Counted from the stretch's first letter, positions 38,319-48,624 are shown. The stretch: DNA of 64,000 bases from Terriglobia bacterium (GCA_965223005.1 CBDCVK010000005.1:1-64000); one strand, 5' to 3'. Notes: generated by a model not told the origin, from the letters alone. Numbers and translations are program-made.

Positions 38319-38511
38319 TCACACCTCCTCTGGTTCAGTTACCCAGTATAACAGCACGCCCCCGCCGGGGGAACCCGACCGGGCGATTCTGCCCTTCGCT
38401 TTTGGATTCTGCGATTGAGCTGCAGAAGATTCAGTTACACAGACCAGTTACATAGAGAAGACCCGCCGGATGTCCTGATGAGCTTGCGGACCCGTGCCAC
38501 GAAGGCTGCGG

Positions 38512-39309
38512 TCAGAAGCGGGGAAAGGGGAGCGGGAGGCCGCGGGAGCGTTCCTGTCTGTTGGCGGGCGCTGAAGCTGCCGGAACGCTGCTCCGAAACT
38601 GGGGTCCCTCAAAGCTCACTTCTTTCTCGGTAAATACCAACTCGCGGTCCAGCACCATATCCAGTTGGGTTCCCCGCAGCAGCAGTACGTCGCGACCGCG
38701 GGTCAGCAGCACCGCAACCAGCCCGGCTGCCGCTCCGGCGGCGGCGCCGATACCCGTGCCCAGACCTGGGCGTCCGGTGGCCGAACCGGCGATGGCGCCA
38801 ATGCTGGCTCCTGTCGCAGTTGTGCTGGCGATCGTGCCTGCGTCGGCCCCCTTGGAGGATTCGCTTTCTATCTTGCCTTCCTTCTTCTCCAGCGTCTCGC
38901 CGATACCCGCCTCGACCGAACCTACCCGCCCGCGAAAATCCCGGGTCACGCCATTGGGCAGGGTCAGGGTATCAAAGCGGACGTAGAGCTCGCCGCGCCC
39001 CTTCACCCGTCCAGGTCGTTTCACCTGGGTAACGGTCCCGAGCACATAGCTGCCCGGAGGGATGACAATCTTCTGATCCACCACAATGGGGAAGCCTGTC
39101 TCCAGGTACACCCGATCGCCCTCTTGGGCGTTGCGCGTGCTGATGCTGTTGATCAGAAGCAAGGGAATGCGTGTGCCGGTCGCCACCGTATAGGTGGTCG
39201 GCTTCGGCTCCTGTTGGGTCGGTGAAGCTGCTTCCTGCGCCCACACGGGAACAGCCAGCAATAACATCATCAAGGACAGGGCCATCAAGGACAGAGTAAG
39301 TCTCCTCAT
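38512..39309 (-). CDS. Secreted protein with a VirB10/TrbI-like beta domain and glycine zipper
   Basis: Signal peptide; 'GTRI...L...IST....GD....T..P....IVIP.GS.V.G.V', Gly/Ala zipper, 'L.RG.DV.L..GT.L..VL'. Confidence 0.7.
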   Translation of the reverse strand: MRRLTLSLMALSLMMLLLAVPVWAQEAASPTQQEPKPTTYTVATGTRIPLLLINSISTRNAQEGDRVYLETGFPIVVDQKIVIPPGSYVLGTVTQVKRPGRVKGRGELYVRFDTLTLPNGVTRDFRGRVGSVEAGIGETLEKKEGKIESESSKGADAGTIASTTATGASIGAIAGSATGRPGLGTGIGAAAGAAAGLVAVLLTRGRDVLLLRGTQLDMVLDRELVFTEKEVSFEGPQFRSSVPAASAPANRQERSRGLPLPFPRF

Positions 39310-39469
39310 AGCCAACTCTCACAAAATAATAACCCGAATCGGTCGAGATAGTTACATCTTTTCCACAACCTTGAATCAGATGGGGAATTTCGTTCCTGGT
39401 GTGGCAAAGGAACCTAGCGGAGAAATCCACCAGGATTGCTAACGCCTTGAAAAAGCGGAACGCACATCT

Positions 39470-39485
39470 TGGCCACCCAATTGCT
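39470..39485 (+). promoter_or_regulatory. Possible sigma54 promoter
   Basis: TGGC-CACCCAA-TTGCT with correct -24/-12 spacing. Confidence 0.4.
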
Positions 39486-39658
39486 TAACTCTGCTACGTA
39501 ATAGCCGGGTCAATGGTTCGCCCCAGAACCATAGCTCCCTGGCTTAGGTGTCTTCATGGTATTGGTCCTCATCCTCGCGCTCCTGGTGCTGCTGCTTTTT
39601 CTAGTAAGCCTGAGCGGGCCCCCCGACCTCGGGACCGGTGCCCGCTAGGAGCGCTCAA

Positions 39659-40974
39659 CTACCATAACCTCCGGTACAGGTTGAATCCAATGCGGAGATC
39701 GTCCAGCCCGTCGGTGAGCGAGCGGGTGGTGGTGGTGGACTGCGTGTTGGAAAGGGTGAGCCCGAACACGTGCCGGTTGGTGCTGCGCTGAATGCCGAAG
39801 GCAAACGTGTTGCGCGAGCCCAGCCTGCGGAAGCCGGCCACCCGAGGGCGCCACTCGACAATCAGCGCCGTGCGAGGGCGAATCCGGATGCTGGCGCCCA
39901 GGCCAACCGAGACCATGTGATCGCGGAGTTCTCCCGGGGTCAGGTCGCGGCGGTCCCCGGGGATCAGGCCGGGTCCGAATTCCCCGGGGGGCAAAACCGA
40001 GTTCAGCGTGCGCCGTGGCACCCCGAGGTTGAAGGTGGGCACCACGAATAGCTCAGCCACGTTGCCGATGGAGCGCGAAATCACTGGAACCAGGTTGGTC
40101 GTAAAGCGCTCGCTAAAGTTGTCCTCTCCATCAACGGTGGCGCGGAAGGAGAACGACACGGGGACTCGCTGGCCTTGTTGCAGCAGATGGAAGACCGGAC
40201 CCAGCTCAATGGTCGGACCGCCGAGCCTGCGCGGAATGGGGCTGCGGTAGGTGACGAACGAGACGCGCTCCAGCAAACCCACTTCGACACCAAAGGAGGA
40301 AATGGAGAAGCTGTCGAAACCGAACAGGTTGCCAAGGCGGTCCGGCCCCTTGAACGTCGGATCATCGAAGCGGTGAGAGAAGCGCAGGTGAAGGCTGCGC
40401 GGTGGTCGCACCCGGTTGGTCGGCAGGTTCACCAGGTAGTAGTCGAAGGTAAGCCGGGGTTCCAGGACTTCCTCCGGCTCCTCGGCGCGCGGAGGCACCG
40501 CCGGCGGCGTGCGGAAAGCCTGCACCTCGGCTGCATCCACCTTCTTGACGCTGCCTTCAGCGCGGTTCAGCAGGTACTGTTCGCCACCGATTTCCACCAG
40601 GACCTCCTCGTCCTTCCCGGCCGCCCAGGTGGCCTTCAGGGGTGCTTCTTGGGGACCGGGAACTTCAGCGCTAATACTCTGCAGGAAGTGGTCGGGCCAC
40701 TGCAGGCGAAACGCCGGCGTGACCCGATAGTCGTTGCGGTCGAACGCCCGACCAAAGGCATTGCGCGGCCCGCTGCCCTCCGGATTGACGTGGCAGGTGC
40801 CACAAGAACCGCGCAGCTCCGGGCGCGAGAACGGGTCGCTAGCGTAGCGCAGCAGAAATTCCGGCCTGCCGGTAACAAAGGTTTTTCTTGGAGACATCGT
40901 AGTCAGCAACAGGCAGCCGGTAGGCCGCTTAGCAGGGCGGCACCGGCCTGGGCCGTGATTTTCAGGCGGGGCAT
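39659..40974 (-). CDS. DUF5777-like outer-membrane beta-barrel with N-terminal c-type heme motif; apparent frameshift near 40920
   Basis: 'SCGTCH..P.G.GPRN.FG', 'LVNLPT', 'FSHRF', 'HVF.L.LSN', C-terminal 'GFNLYR'; signal-like segment 'MPRLKITAQAGAALLSGL' lies in another frame, so the start is approximate. Confidence 0.7.
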
Positions 40975-41406
40975 GGAGCAGCCGTGAATTTGACCTGCAG
41001 GGGTTGGGCCAGCATTGATAGAAAACGAGCCAGCCGGTAATGCGGTCGCAAAGGCCTCGCAAAGTTCGCCGACATGGCTCCCTCGTTTCTCCAGCTGGCG
41101 AAACCGGGCAGGCTGCTGCCTGGAAAGCTTTGTGAGCTTATCTGCCTTCGGTGTTTCCTGCCCGATACATGTGGAACGGTAGCGAGACACACGCCGCAGC
41201 AGCGCTTCCCTCGCTGCCCCGTCACCCGCCGCCGTTGCAGTTCCCTGTCCACCGCGCCAACTCGATCCGCAATTCAGTCCGCTATCGCCCACAGATCAAC
41301 TTGTCTGCCACCACCTCTTCACCCCGGGACCAAGAAGCCGTGGGTGTCGCGATCGTCGCCCAACCTCTAAGACGCGCCTACCGGCTAGCCTTATGTACCT
41401 TGCAGA

Positions 41407-42328
41407 CTAGCCCCTTTCGATGAGGTAAACTCCAAGAAAAACCACGGCGGCGCCCACCAACAGATGACCCGTTACCGGTTCCTCAAGCAGAACCAACCCC
41501 AGCGGGATGGCAACCACCGGTTGCAGATAGGCCAAGGCCGCCATGCGGGTGGCGGAAATGAAGCGCAGCGCGTAGCAAAAAAAATCAGGTAGGACGCCAC
41601 AGAACCGCAGACAGCCATGTACGCCAGCGCTAGCCACGCCGTGCTGCTAGCCGCTGGGACACCACCGACGATCAGGCTGCCGACTGTGATCGGAAGGAAA
41701 ATCAAGGCCCCCAGTGAATAGATGAAGGTGGTCAGCGAAAGCGCGTCAAAGTGGGGGGTGAGTTCCTTGCCGAGTACGACGTAGCAGGCGAAAGCCAGCC
41801 CAGCGGTTAAGCCTGAATTAACAGGTCACCAAGCAGCGTGGGCCCGCGCCCCGGCGGCTGCTCTCCAGCCAGCACCGCCACCCCGACCATCGAGATGGCC
41901 AGCCCCGCGATCTTCAGCGCAGTGAGCTTCTCCAGCCCGTGGAGGCGGGCAAGGATCAGCACGAACACCGGGGTGAAGCAAATAATCAGCGAGGAATGCG
42001 CGACGCTGGTGTGCTTCAGCCCAGCTATGAAGAATAGCTGGTTAAAGACAATCCCAAACAGAGTCAGCACGCCCAGTAGCTTCCATTCGCGTCGCAGCGC
42101 CTGGAACCCTGCCACTCCTCGCCTGGCGGTAAAATAGGTCACCAGGAAAAAGGCCGCTAGCATGATGCGCAACCCGCCCAGGGTCAGGATGGGAAACTCT
42201 CGCACGGCGAGCTTGCCGATGACGAAGTTGCCCGACCATAGCAGGACCATCAGGCCGAGAAGCAGGTAGAGGCGGAGGCGAGAAATTGGTGGCGGGCGGT
42301 GCTCCGCTTCCAGCACCGCCGGCCGCAC
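41407..42328 (-). CDS. EamA/DMT family transporter, split by two frameshifts (~41812 and T-run ~41580)
   Basis: 'LLWSGNFVIGK', 'GLKHTS', 'TPVFV', 'GDLL', 'YLQPVVA...G...L.E' spread over three frames. Confidence 0.82.
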
Positions 42329-42360
42329 TTCCTCCGGCGCGGGGAGAATCCCGTGGTGCT

Positions 42361-43467
42361 TCAGTGCAGTTCCTCTTTCCTGGCAGTGAGCGCTTCGATG
42401 TAGTCCCAATCCAACTCGAAGCCCAGCCCGGCAGCCTCGCTCGCCAGGATGGTCCCGCGCGGGGTCACCTCCACGGGCGGGACGATGATGTCGCGCGCCC
42501 AATAGCGCTGGCTGGCCGAGACATCGCCAGGCAGAACGAAGTTCTCCATGGTGGAAAGGGCGATGTTGTGCGCACGGCCGATGCCCGACTCCAGCATGCC
42601 CCCGCACCAGACCGGCACGCCGGCCGCCTGCGCTGCGTCGTGAATGCGGCGCGCCTCGGCAAAGCCGCCAACCCGCCCCAGCTTGATGTTCACGATACGC
42701 GCCGCGCCCAGCTCGATGGCCTGCTCTGCCAGCCTGAGGTTCCGGATGGACTCGTCCAGGCAGATCGGCGTCTGCAAACGCTGTTGCAGGCGGGCGTGGT
42801 CCAGAAGGTCGTAGTAGGCCAGAGGCTGCTCGACCATCATCAGATAGTAATCGTCCAGCCGCTTTAGATGGTCGGCGTCGGCCAGCGTATACGCCGAATT
42901 GGCATCCACCATCAAGCGAATGGCAGGAAACCGCTCTCGTACCTGAGCCACCACATCCACGTCCCATCCCGGCTTGATCTTGATTTTGATGCGCTGGTAG
43001 CCGGCATCCAGTTCGCGCTGGATGAGCTCCAGCAACTCCTCCACTGTATTCTGAATGCCGATGGAGACCCCGCACGGAATCTCCTGTCGCCGGCCGCCGA
43101 TGTGCTGCCACAAGGGCCGGCCGTTCAGGCGCGCCTCCAGCTCCCAAGCGGCCGCTTCCACTCCTGCTTTGGCCATGTTATGGCCGCGGATGTGTCCAAG
43201 CAAACTGCTGATCTCCCCGGCGCACCCCAGCGAGCGGCCGAGCAGGCACGGCGCAACGTAGTCGCGCAGGATGTGCCAGGCGGTCTCGGTGGTCTCCTCG
43301 TTGTACAGCGGATGCCTCGGCGCCGTCACCTCGCCCCAGCCCGAACCGCCTGCGGCCTGCACCTCGACCAGCACAATCCGCCGATCCGTGGTGCGCCCAA
43401 AGCTGGTTTCAAAGAAGGAAACCAGCGGCATGCGGATTTCGCGAAGCACAATTCCTTCAAGTTTCAT
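42361..43467 (-). CDS. menC: o-Succinylbenzoate synthase / N-succinylamino acid racemase (enolase superfamily)
   Basis: 'FETSFG', 'KIKIKPGWD', 'VDANSAY', 'EQPL', 'LDES', 'NIK.GRVGG', 'CGGMLESGIGRAHN', 'PGDVSAS'. Confidence 0.92.
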   Translation of the reverse strand: MKLEGIVLREIRMPLVSFFETSFGRTTDRRIVLVEVQAAGGSGWGEVTAPRHPLYNEETTETAWHILRDYVAPCLLGRSLGCAGEISSLLGHIRGHNMAKAGVEAAAWELEARLNGRPLWQHIGGRRQEIPCGVSIGIQNTVEELLELIQRELDAGYQRIKIKIKPGWDVDVVAQVRERFPAIRLMVDANSAYTLADADHLKRLDDYYLMMVEQPLAYYDLLDHARLQQRLQTPICLDESIRNLRLAEQAIELGAARIVNIKLGRVGGFAEARRIHDAAQAAGVPVWCGGMLESGIGRAHNIALSTMENFVLPGDVSASQRYWARDIIVPPVEVTPRGTILASEAAGLGFELDWDYIEALTARKEELH

Positions 43468-43530
43468 GGCGAGGGTTTCTGCGCTGCTTGGAGATGTCCC
43501 AGTGGCTGTCCGCAAGATTGGAGATCGTGT

Positions 43531-46500
43531 TCAAAATCCGCTTTGCGCAAACTGGCCGGGGTGGAATCGCCACAAGTATTCGACTTGTTCCTCTTTTGTC
43601 AACTCTCCCCAAATGGATCCAGCCATGCAGGAGGCTGCCCAGGGAAAATTTATATTGGACGTATTGACCTCACCGGTTTCTGGATTCCAGTGTTCCACTG
43701 CTCTCCCGTCTTGTAGCGTTCCAACGGTACGTTGCACAATGTACAGATAGGGCATTTGATAACCGTAGGAGTAAAATCCATCCATCACAGGTCTTGTTGA
43801 CGCCATCCATGCTGGTCCGAGCCAATATCTGTCCGGATCGTAGACCCGATTTGAAACATACTGACCGTCAGCGTTCTGTATCATCATGGGCTGGGTGGGA
43901 ATGGGAATCCCATTCACTGGCCACCACATCCACGGGTTAACCAATTGCAATGCTAGCTGAGAGGCTCTTTCTGCGCTGGGAATATGGCCGAACATCGGGA
44001 AGAAGCCAGCAATGGCGGGCGAACGAAGCACGTCACCCTCTTCAATCCTGCGGGCGCCTTTTGCCATAAGCCCTACCGCCCGCTCATTTAGCTCGCAGTG
44101 CCTAGCGCCTTCTTGATCCTCCAGACACGTCCAGTAGTCCCCCTCCGGTTCATACCAGAGGTGTCCCGCTTCGTCCTTGTTGGGGCGGCTAAATTGTTCG
44201 ACTATGAAAGGATCTCCTGCTCGCACATTCAACCGATAACGCCCATTGCCGTGCTTGCCCGCGACCCATGTCCAATACTGCGGAGTAAATTTGTATTCGT
44301 ACCGGATCGTCCCATTCGAATCGAGGCCAACCGAAACTAGCCGCTCGTCAAGGTCCACAGACTCGCGGGCCTCTTGGGTTAGCACGCAATGTCCCCTTCC
44401 CTGTTTGGCCACTTCACAATTCCAATATTTCATTCTAGGTTCGCAAAGAATTTGACCTTGCTTCCTGACACCAGGTCGGCAGAACTGCTGTTCCACTACG
44501 CTTCGAAACATTCGCGTTACATCACGGTTGTAGTACGTCTTATCCTGCGGCTCCCAGAGGTGCTCGTTCATTGCCTTCTTCATCCGATCCAGATAGACCT
44601 GGTAGCGGACAATTTCTTCATTCCAGGAGCCCACAATTTCCCTCTTGCGCCCTCTCATCGCGCTTACGCGGAGCACGTTCGTATCCGTGCTTCTCAGTAC
44701 CTTTGCCATGGCGATTTGTGCTTCCAGACTGCGCGCCATCACCGCCGTGAGTGCAACATCCTTGGCGTTGTAGGGGCTTGCGTTGTAAACGGCCACCGGT
44801 TCCAGCTCCAGTTCCTTGATAATGCTGTAGAACACGATCTTCGACGCGTAGTAGTACTCACTGGGTCGGCCTCTCGCGAGTTTCGGATCCACGGGGTTCC
44901 CAGGCTTCTTATCAACACGATTGTCCACTCTATTCTTTTCCACCATCTCCATCGCCCAGTCAGGAATCAGGCGGTCAGGAAGATGCCTCATCATCACCAT
45001 GAGATGGTACCAAGCGTTGTCCATGCCGTTCACCCAGGCGTCTCGTCCGGAAAGAACCCCTTCGCCATAGGGATCTAATCCCGTGCGAATTGCCTCCGTA
45101 TTTGCCCGGACATAAGGGTAAACCTCCTTGAGGAAGGCCACACCGTCCTGCTCATGAATCTTCGTCAACTCCTCATACACACGCCAGACTGTCCAGCCAA
45201 AAAACGGCAGTTGCATGATCTCGCTAGTCCGATTGCGTTCTTTTTCCGAATCTATCTTTCCGGTCGGTCGAAATCGGAAATCGGGAAAGTAGTAATAAAT
45301 TTTGTTCCTGAATTTGGGCAATCTCCCCGTTTGCCTGTCCCCGAAAATGATCTGAGACAGCCACCCGTAGAGGCCGAGGCTTTTTGCTTCCTCACTCCTC
45401 CACATGCCGTGATAAATGATAAACCGCACTGCCTGAGCTGCCTCATATGGATCCACATTGGCAAGAAGCAAGGCGATATTAACCTCGTTGTCATGTTTCC
45501 ATTGATAGGGGTACGTCTCGCCGGCCACAATCATGGGAAAGTCTTCAACGAAACGATATGCCCGGTGACCTTGATTGCCTTTGAAAAGAAAGACTCCCCG
45601 GACAAAGGGAAACCGGTAAGGTTGGCCGCGACCGGCTAGTATGGTTCGTACCAGCCTTAAAACCATCTTTCTCGGGGCGTCAAGCTCCATCTTGATGCGC
45701 TGACAGGGGGCGTTACCGAGCGACTCGAGAAGTTCCTTTTTCTTACGGATGGACGTTTTTGTAGCTTTGGTTTGAGCGCTATCTTCGTTAGAAAGGATGT
45801 CCCCATAGATTCGATTCAATCGTTTTAAATCGCCAGCAAGGTCACGATCCAGGATAGCATATGCAATGAGCGGCTGCGTCTCAGCCGATTCACACGCAAC
45901 ACCCAGCGTTTGGATAATTTCAGCTGCTTCGGCGGCTGATTTATTGTTCAACTCGGCAAGGTCAGTGACAACGACAAATGGGCGCTTTCGCTGCTCGAGG
46001 GTCCTCTCCGCGTTGCGCATCATGGCGAACATTTCCGGTTTACTAAATGGTAGGCGGCGACCTGCTCTTCCCGCCGGTTGTGAGAGCAGTTGCGAAATGA
46101 CGGCACGCCACTTGGTCGCGGCGCTATCGTCGATGTCCGTTAAGGCTGCACGGCGCTTTTCTTCAAGAGCACGGAGCAAATCCCGATCCTGCGGCGTCTG
46201 CGGTCCAAAGCCGTCCTTGGCCACGACAGTATCCCGGAGGGTGGCAAACTCCTCTTCCTCGCAGTGTCGAAGGGCATACTCCAGTTCGTGGGGAGCCACG
46301 CTTGCCTTGACCAACTCAACTCTGCCTGCTCGGCCAGTGGTCGTCTCGCTAAAGTTCCGGACAAACTCGTAGTAGCTTTCCCTCCGGCGCATCCTGTTAA
46401 TCTGTGCTAGGACCTCCAGTTCAATATCGTTTCGGTTGTCGGGGTCAATTCCATAACGTTGTAGGAATGCTTCAAAACCGGTCTCACCTACCTGCGCTCG

Positions 46501-46833
46501 GACAAAAGTGTAGAGTGGTTCGGGTTTCAGTTCTTCTTTCTCAACCATCCCGCGAAGAAAAGTTCCCCGTTTTTGTGGTTGGTTTCTAAGGGCGATTTCC
46601 CGTTCATGCGCGCTGAGCCGTCTTAGTTGTTCCGCTTCCCGCAAAAGGACATAAACCTCTTTCAAGAATTGGGGATACTGATCAGGGAAAATGTTGTCAT
46701 CGAGAGGGCGGATTTGTGCTTGAGTGGAATTGGCCGCGGACGCGCCCGGTGTTAAGTATGCGGTGAGGTGAGCTAGGCAGGCGACCCGGATAAGAACCAG
46801 GATAAGAAAGAGAGCCGACCGAGATGCCCTCAT
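43531..46833 (-). CDS. Large secreted GH63/MGH1-like (alpha/alpha)6-barrel glycoside hydrolase homolog
   Basis: Signal peptide; 'YPYQW..D', 'GMDN', 'LWE....YY..D', 'YW.GP.W', 'E.WNP.TG', 'F.W.A' motifs; long N-terminal extension and inserts; visibly lower GC. Confidence 0.7.
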   Translation of the reverse strand: MRASRSALFLILVLIRVACLAHLTAYLTPGASAANSTQAQIRPLDDNIFPDQYPQFLKEVYVLLREAEQLRRLSAHEREIALRNQPQKRGTFLRGMVEKEELKPEPLYTFVRAQVGETGFEAFLQRYGIDPDNRNDIELEVLAQINRMRRRESYYEFVRNFSETTTGRAGRVELVKASVAPHELEYALRHCEEEEFATLRDTVVAKDGFGPQTPQDRDLLRALEEKRRAALTDIDDSAATKWRAVISQLLSQPAGRAGRRLPFSKPEMFAMMRNAERTLEQRKRPFVVVTDLAELNNKSAAEAAEIIQTLGVACESAETQPLIAYAILDRDLAGDLKRLNRIYGDILSNEDSAQTKATKTSIRKKKELLESLGNAPCQRIKMELDAPRKMVLRLVRTILAGRGQPYRFPFVRGVFLFKGNQGHRAYRFVEDFPMIVAGETYPYQWKHDNEVNIALLLANVDPYEAAQAVRFIIYHGMWRSEEAKSLGLYGWLSQIIFGDRQTGRLPKFRNKIYYYFPDFRFRPTGKIDSEKERNRTSEIMQLPFFGWTVWRVYEELTKIHEQDGVAFLKEVYPYVRANTEAIRTGLDPYGEGVLSGRDAWVNGMDNAWYHLMVMMRHLPDRLIPDWAMEMVEKNRVDNRVDKKPGNPVDPKLARGRPSEYYYASKIVFYSIIKELELEPVAVYNASPYNAKDVALTAVMARSLEAQIAMAKVLRSTDTNVLRVSAMRGRKREIVGSWNEEIVRYQVYLDRMKKAMNEHLWEPQDKTYYNRDVTRMFRSVVEQQFCRPGVRKQGQILCEPRMKYWNCEVAKQGRGHCVLTQEARESVDLDERLVSVGLDSNGTIRYEYKFTPQYWTWVAGKHGNGRYRLNVRAGDPFIVEQFSRPNKDEAGHLWYEPEGDYWTCLEDQEGARHCELNERAVGLMAKGARRIEEGDVLRSPAIAGFFPMFGHIPSAERASQLALQLVNPWMWWPVNGIPIPTQPMMIQNADGQYVSNRVYDPDRYWLGPAWMASTRPVMDGFYSYGYQMPYLYIVQRTVGTLQDGRAVEHWNPETGEVNTSNINFPWAASCMAGSIWGELTKEEQVEYLWRFHPGQFAQSGF

Positions 46834-46910
46834 GATGTTGCCTCCGATTCATATGTTCCGCACCCTGCCTTCTAATCTTAAGAGCTCTGCCAGCCAGACG
46901 AGCTTTGCCG

Positions 46911-47651
46911 CTACAACGAAACTGTTTCCCCTTTTTGCAACAAATACGCGCCCTTCCGGTCAAAGCCGGTCACGATCCATCCTTCGGCGAAGGCCTTTTC
47001 GAACTCGCACCGGACGCGCTGTTGAATTTCAAGCGCCCGCTCCCGGTCCGCACGCTTGATCTCCCCAATCTCTGGCGGTACATGCAGGCGAAGCACCGGG
47101 TCGCAACTGCCCGACCCGCCCCCGAGCACCCGGGCCACGCGGGGCGTATCTACCCACCACTCGGCTACCAGCCGGTCGGTCGGCAAGCCTGCCTGAAGCG
47201 CCGAGGAGCTCGCGCCATACAGGTTGGGAACGTAGCGACTCACCACCACTCCCAGGCGCTCCAGATTGATGAAGGCGTTTTTCAGCTCCAGCGGATCGAA
47301 GGTCCACTCCACCGAGCGAATGCCGCGTGCCAACGCGTCGTCGCGTTGCATCAGCTTGAGTCGGCGGCCCACCCCCCGGTTCTGGTACTCGGGCAAAACG
47401 CCCAGCATGTGGGAATGTAAATAGGATTGACCCCTGCGGATCCCCGGCAGCGCCACCAAGAAGCCCACCATCCGCGCGCCTGGCGCAAACGCCCCGAAGA
47501 CCTGGCCGCCGATTTTCCGCGCCACCACGAACAGGCGGGCCGGAACCACCTCCGGGTCGGCATAGCCCCACACGGCTTTCTGCACCTGCACACACTGGTG
47601 AAAGTCGTCCTCGCTGGTGCAGGCGCGACAGGTGAGTTCCCCCTGGCTCAC
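46911..47651 (-). CDS. GNAT-family acyltransferase (putative D-amino acid N-succinyltransferase)
   Basis: 'Q..VWG', 'YLHSHMLGVLPEYQNRGVG..LK..QR', 'WTFDPL...NA..N..RLG', 'LPTDRL.AEW'; GTGA overlap with mazG. Confidence 0.88.
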   Translation of the reverse strand: MSQGELTCRACTSEDDFHQCVQVQKAVWGYADPEVVPARLFVVARKIGGQVFGAFAPGARMVGFLVALPGIRRGQSYLHSHMLGVLPEYQNRGVGRRLKLMQRDDALARGIRSVEWTFDPLELKNAFINLERLGVVVSRYVPNLYGASSSALQAGLPTDRLVAEWWVDTPRVARVLGGGSGSCDPVLRLHVPPEIGEIKRADRERALEIQQRVRCEFEKAFAEGWIVTGFDRKGAYLLQKGETVSL

Positions 47652-48475
47652 CGCAGCGCCTCGCTCTTGGAGCGCTGCCACAACTCGTCCATCTCCTCAA
47701 GCGTGGACTCAGCCGGCTTCTTGCCCCCCTCGGCCAGGCGCGCCTCCAGCCAACCAAAGCGCCGGCGGAACTTCTCATTGGCGCGGCGCAAGGCGGTTTC
47801 CGGTTCCAGCCCCAGGAAGCGGGCCACGTTAACGGCCACGAACAACAGGTCCCCCACCTCTTCCTGGCAGTTCTGGCGCCGGTGCTCGGGCTCGGGCTCG
47901 GCCTCGGCCAGCGCCTGGCGCAGTTCGCCTAGCTCTTCGCTGACCTTCTCCAGCAGCTCTTCGATACGCCGCCAGTCGAAGCCCACAGACGACGCGCGGG
48001 AGTTAAGCTGGTAGGCTTCCAGGAGCGCCGGCATCGCGCGCGCCACCCCGTCCAGCAGCGTCGCGCCCGTCGGCGCTTCGCCGTGTCGTTCAGCATGTTC
48101 CCGCTGCTCCTCGGCCTTGAGTTCCTCCCAGCGGCGAAGCACCTCGCCAGGGGTCCGGGCCTCGGCGCCACCAAATACGTGTGGGTGCCGGCGCACCATC
48201 TTGGTGTGAATGCGCTGGACCACGTCATCCATCGTGAAGCGACCCTGCTCGGCCGCCATCTGGGAAAAGAAGACTACCTGCAGCAGCAGGTCGCCTAGCT
48301 CGCCTGCGAGTTCCTCAAAGTCGCGCCGGTCAATGGCGTCCACCACTTCGTAGGTCTCTTCCAGCAGGTAGGGTTTGATGGAATCAAAGGTTTGGGCGCG
48401 GTCCCAGGGACACCCGTCGGGCGCCCGCAGCCGCGCCATCAGCGTCACCAATTCGGCAAATCGCTCACCCGGCAT
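47648..48475 (-). CDS. mazG: Nucleoside triphosphate pyrophosphohydrolase
   Basis: 'LR..GCPWD..QT', 'EETYEV', 'ELGDLLLQ', 'RRHPHVF', 'GFDW', 'EVGDLLF', 'KF.RRF'. Confidence 0.96.
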   Translation of the reverse strand: MPGERFAELVTLMARLRAPDGCPWDRAQTFDSIKPYLLEETYEVVDAIDRRDFEELAGELGDLLLQVVFFSQMAAEQGRFTMDDVVQRIHTKMVRRHPHVFGGAEARTPGEVLRRWEELKAEEQREHAERHGEAPTGATLLDGVARAMPALLEAYQLNSRASSVGFDWRRIEELLEKVSEELGELRQALAEAEPEPEHRRQNCQEEVGDLLFVAVNVARFLGLEPETALRRANEKFRRRFGWLEARLAEGGKKPAESTLEEMDELWQRSKSEALR

Positions 48476-48579
48476 ACGTTGTGAAGACAAGCGAACAAGA
48501 CTAACAGAGGGTCGCGCCCAGGACAACGTAGTCGGCCGCACAAGCGGTCGCCGGCTCCCACAGCCCGGCGACGCAGCTG

Positions 48580-48624
48580 TGCTAGACTTAGAATCTAACT
48601 GGGAATTTAACTGAGAATTCACTG
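48580..48624 (+). promoter_or_regulatory. Extended -10 followed by three 12-bp tandem repeats in a divergent promoter region
   Basis: TGcTAGACT, then AGAATCTAACTG / GGAATTTAACTG / AGAATTCACTG. Confidence 0.5.

Noticed and set aside
38512-39309. Orphan virB10 as remnant of a second T4SS
   Set aside because: Has a cleavable signal peptide and glycine zipper, with no other conjugation genes nearby; fits a common stand-alone secreted family.
41407-42328. Programmed frameshift or phase variation in the EamA gene
   Set aside because: One shift sits in a T-run, but a second unrelated shift and similar indels elsewhere make sequencing error or simple decay more likely; cannot be resolved without reads.
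43468-46910. Transposon or target-site duplication around the glycosidase-like gene
   Set aside because: No terminal inverted repeats, flanking direct repeats or transposase could be identified.
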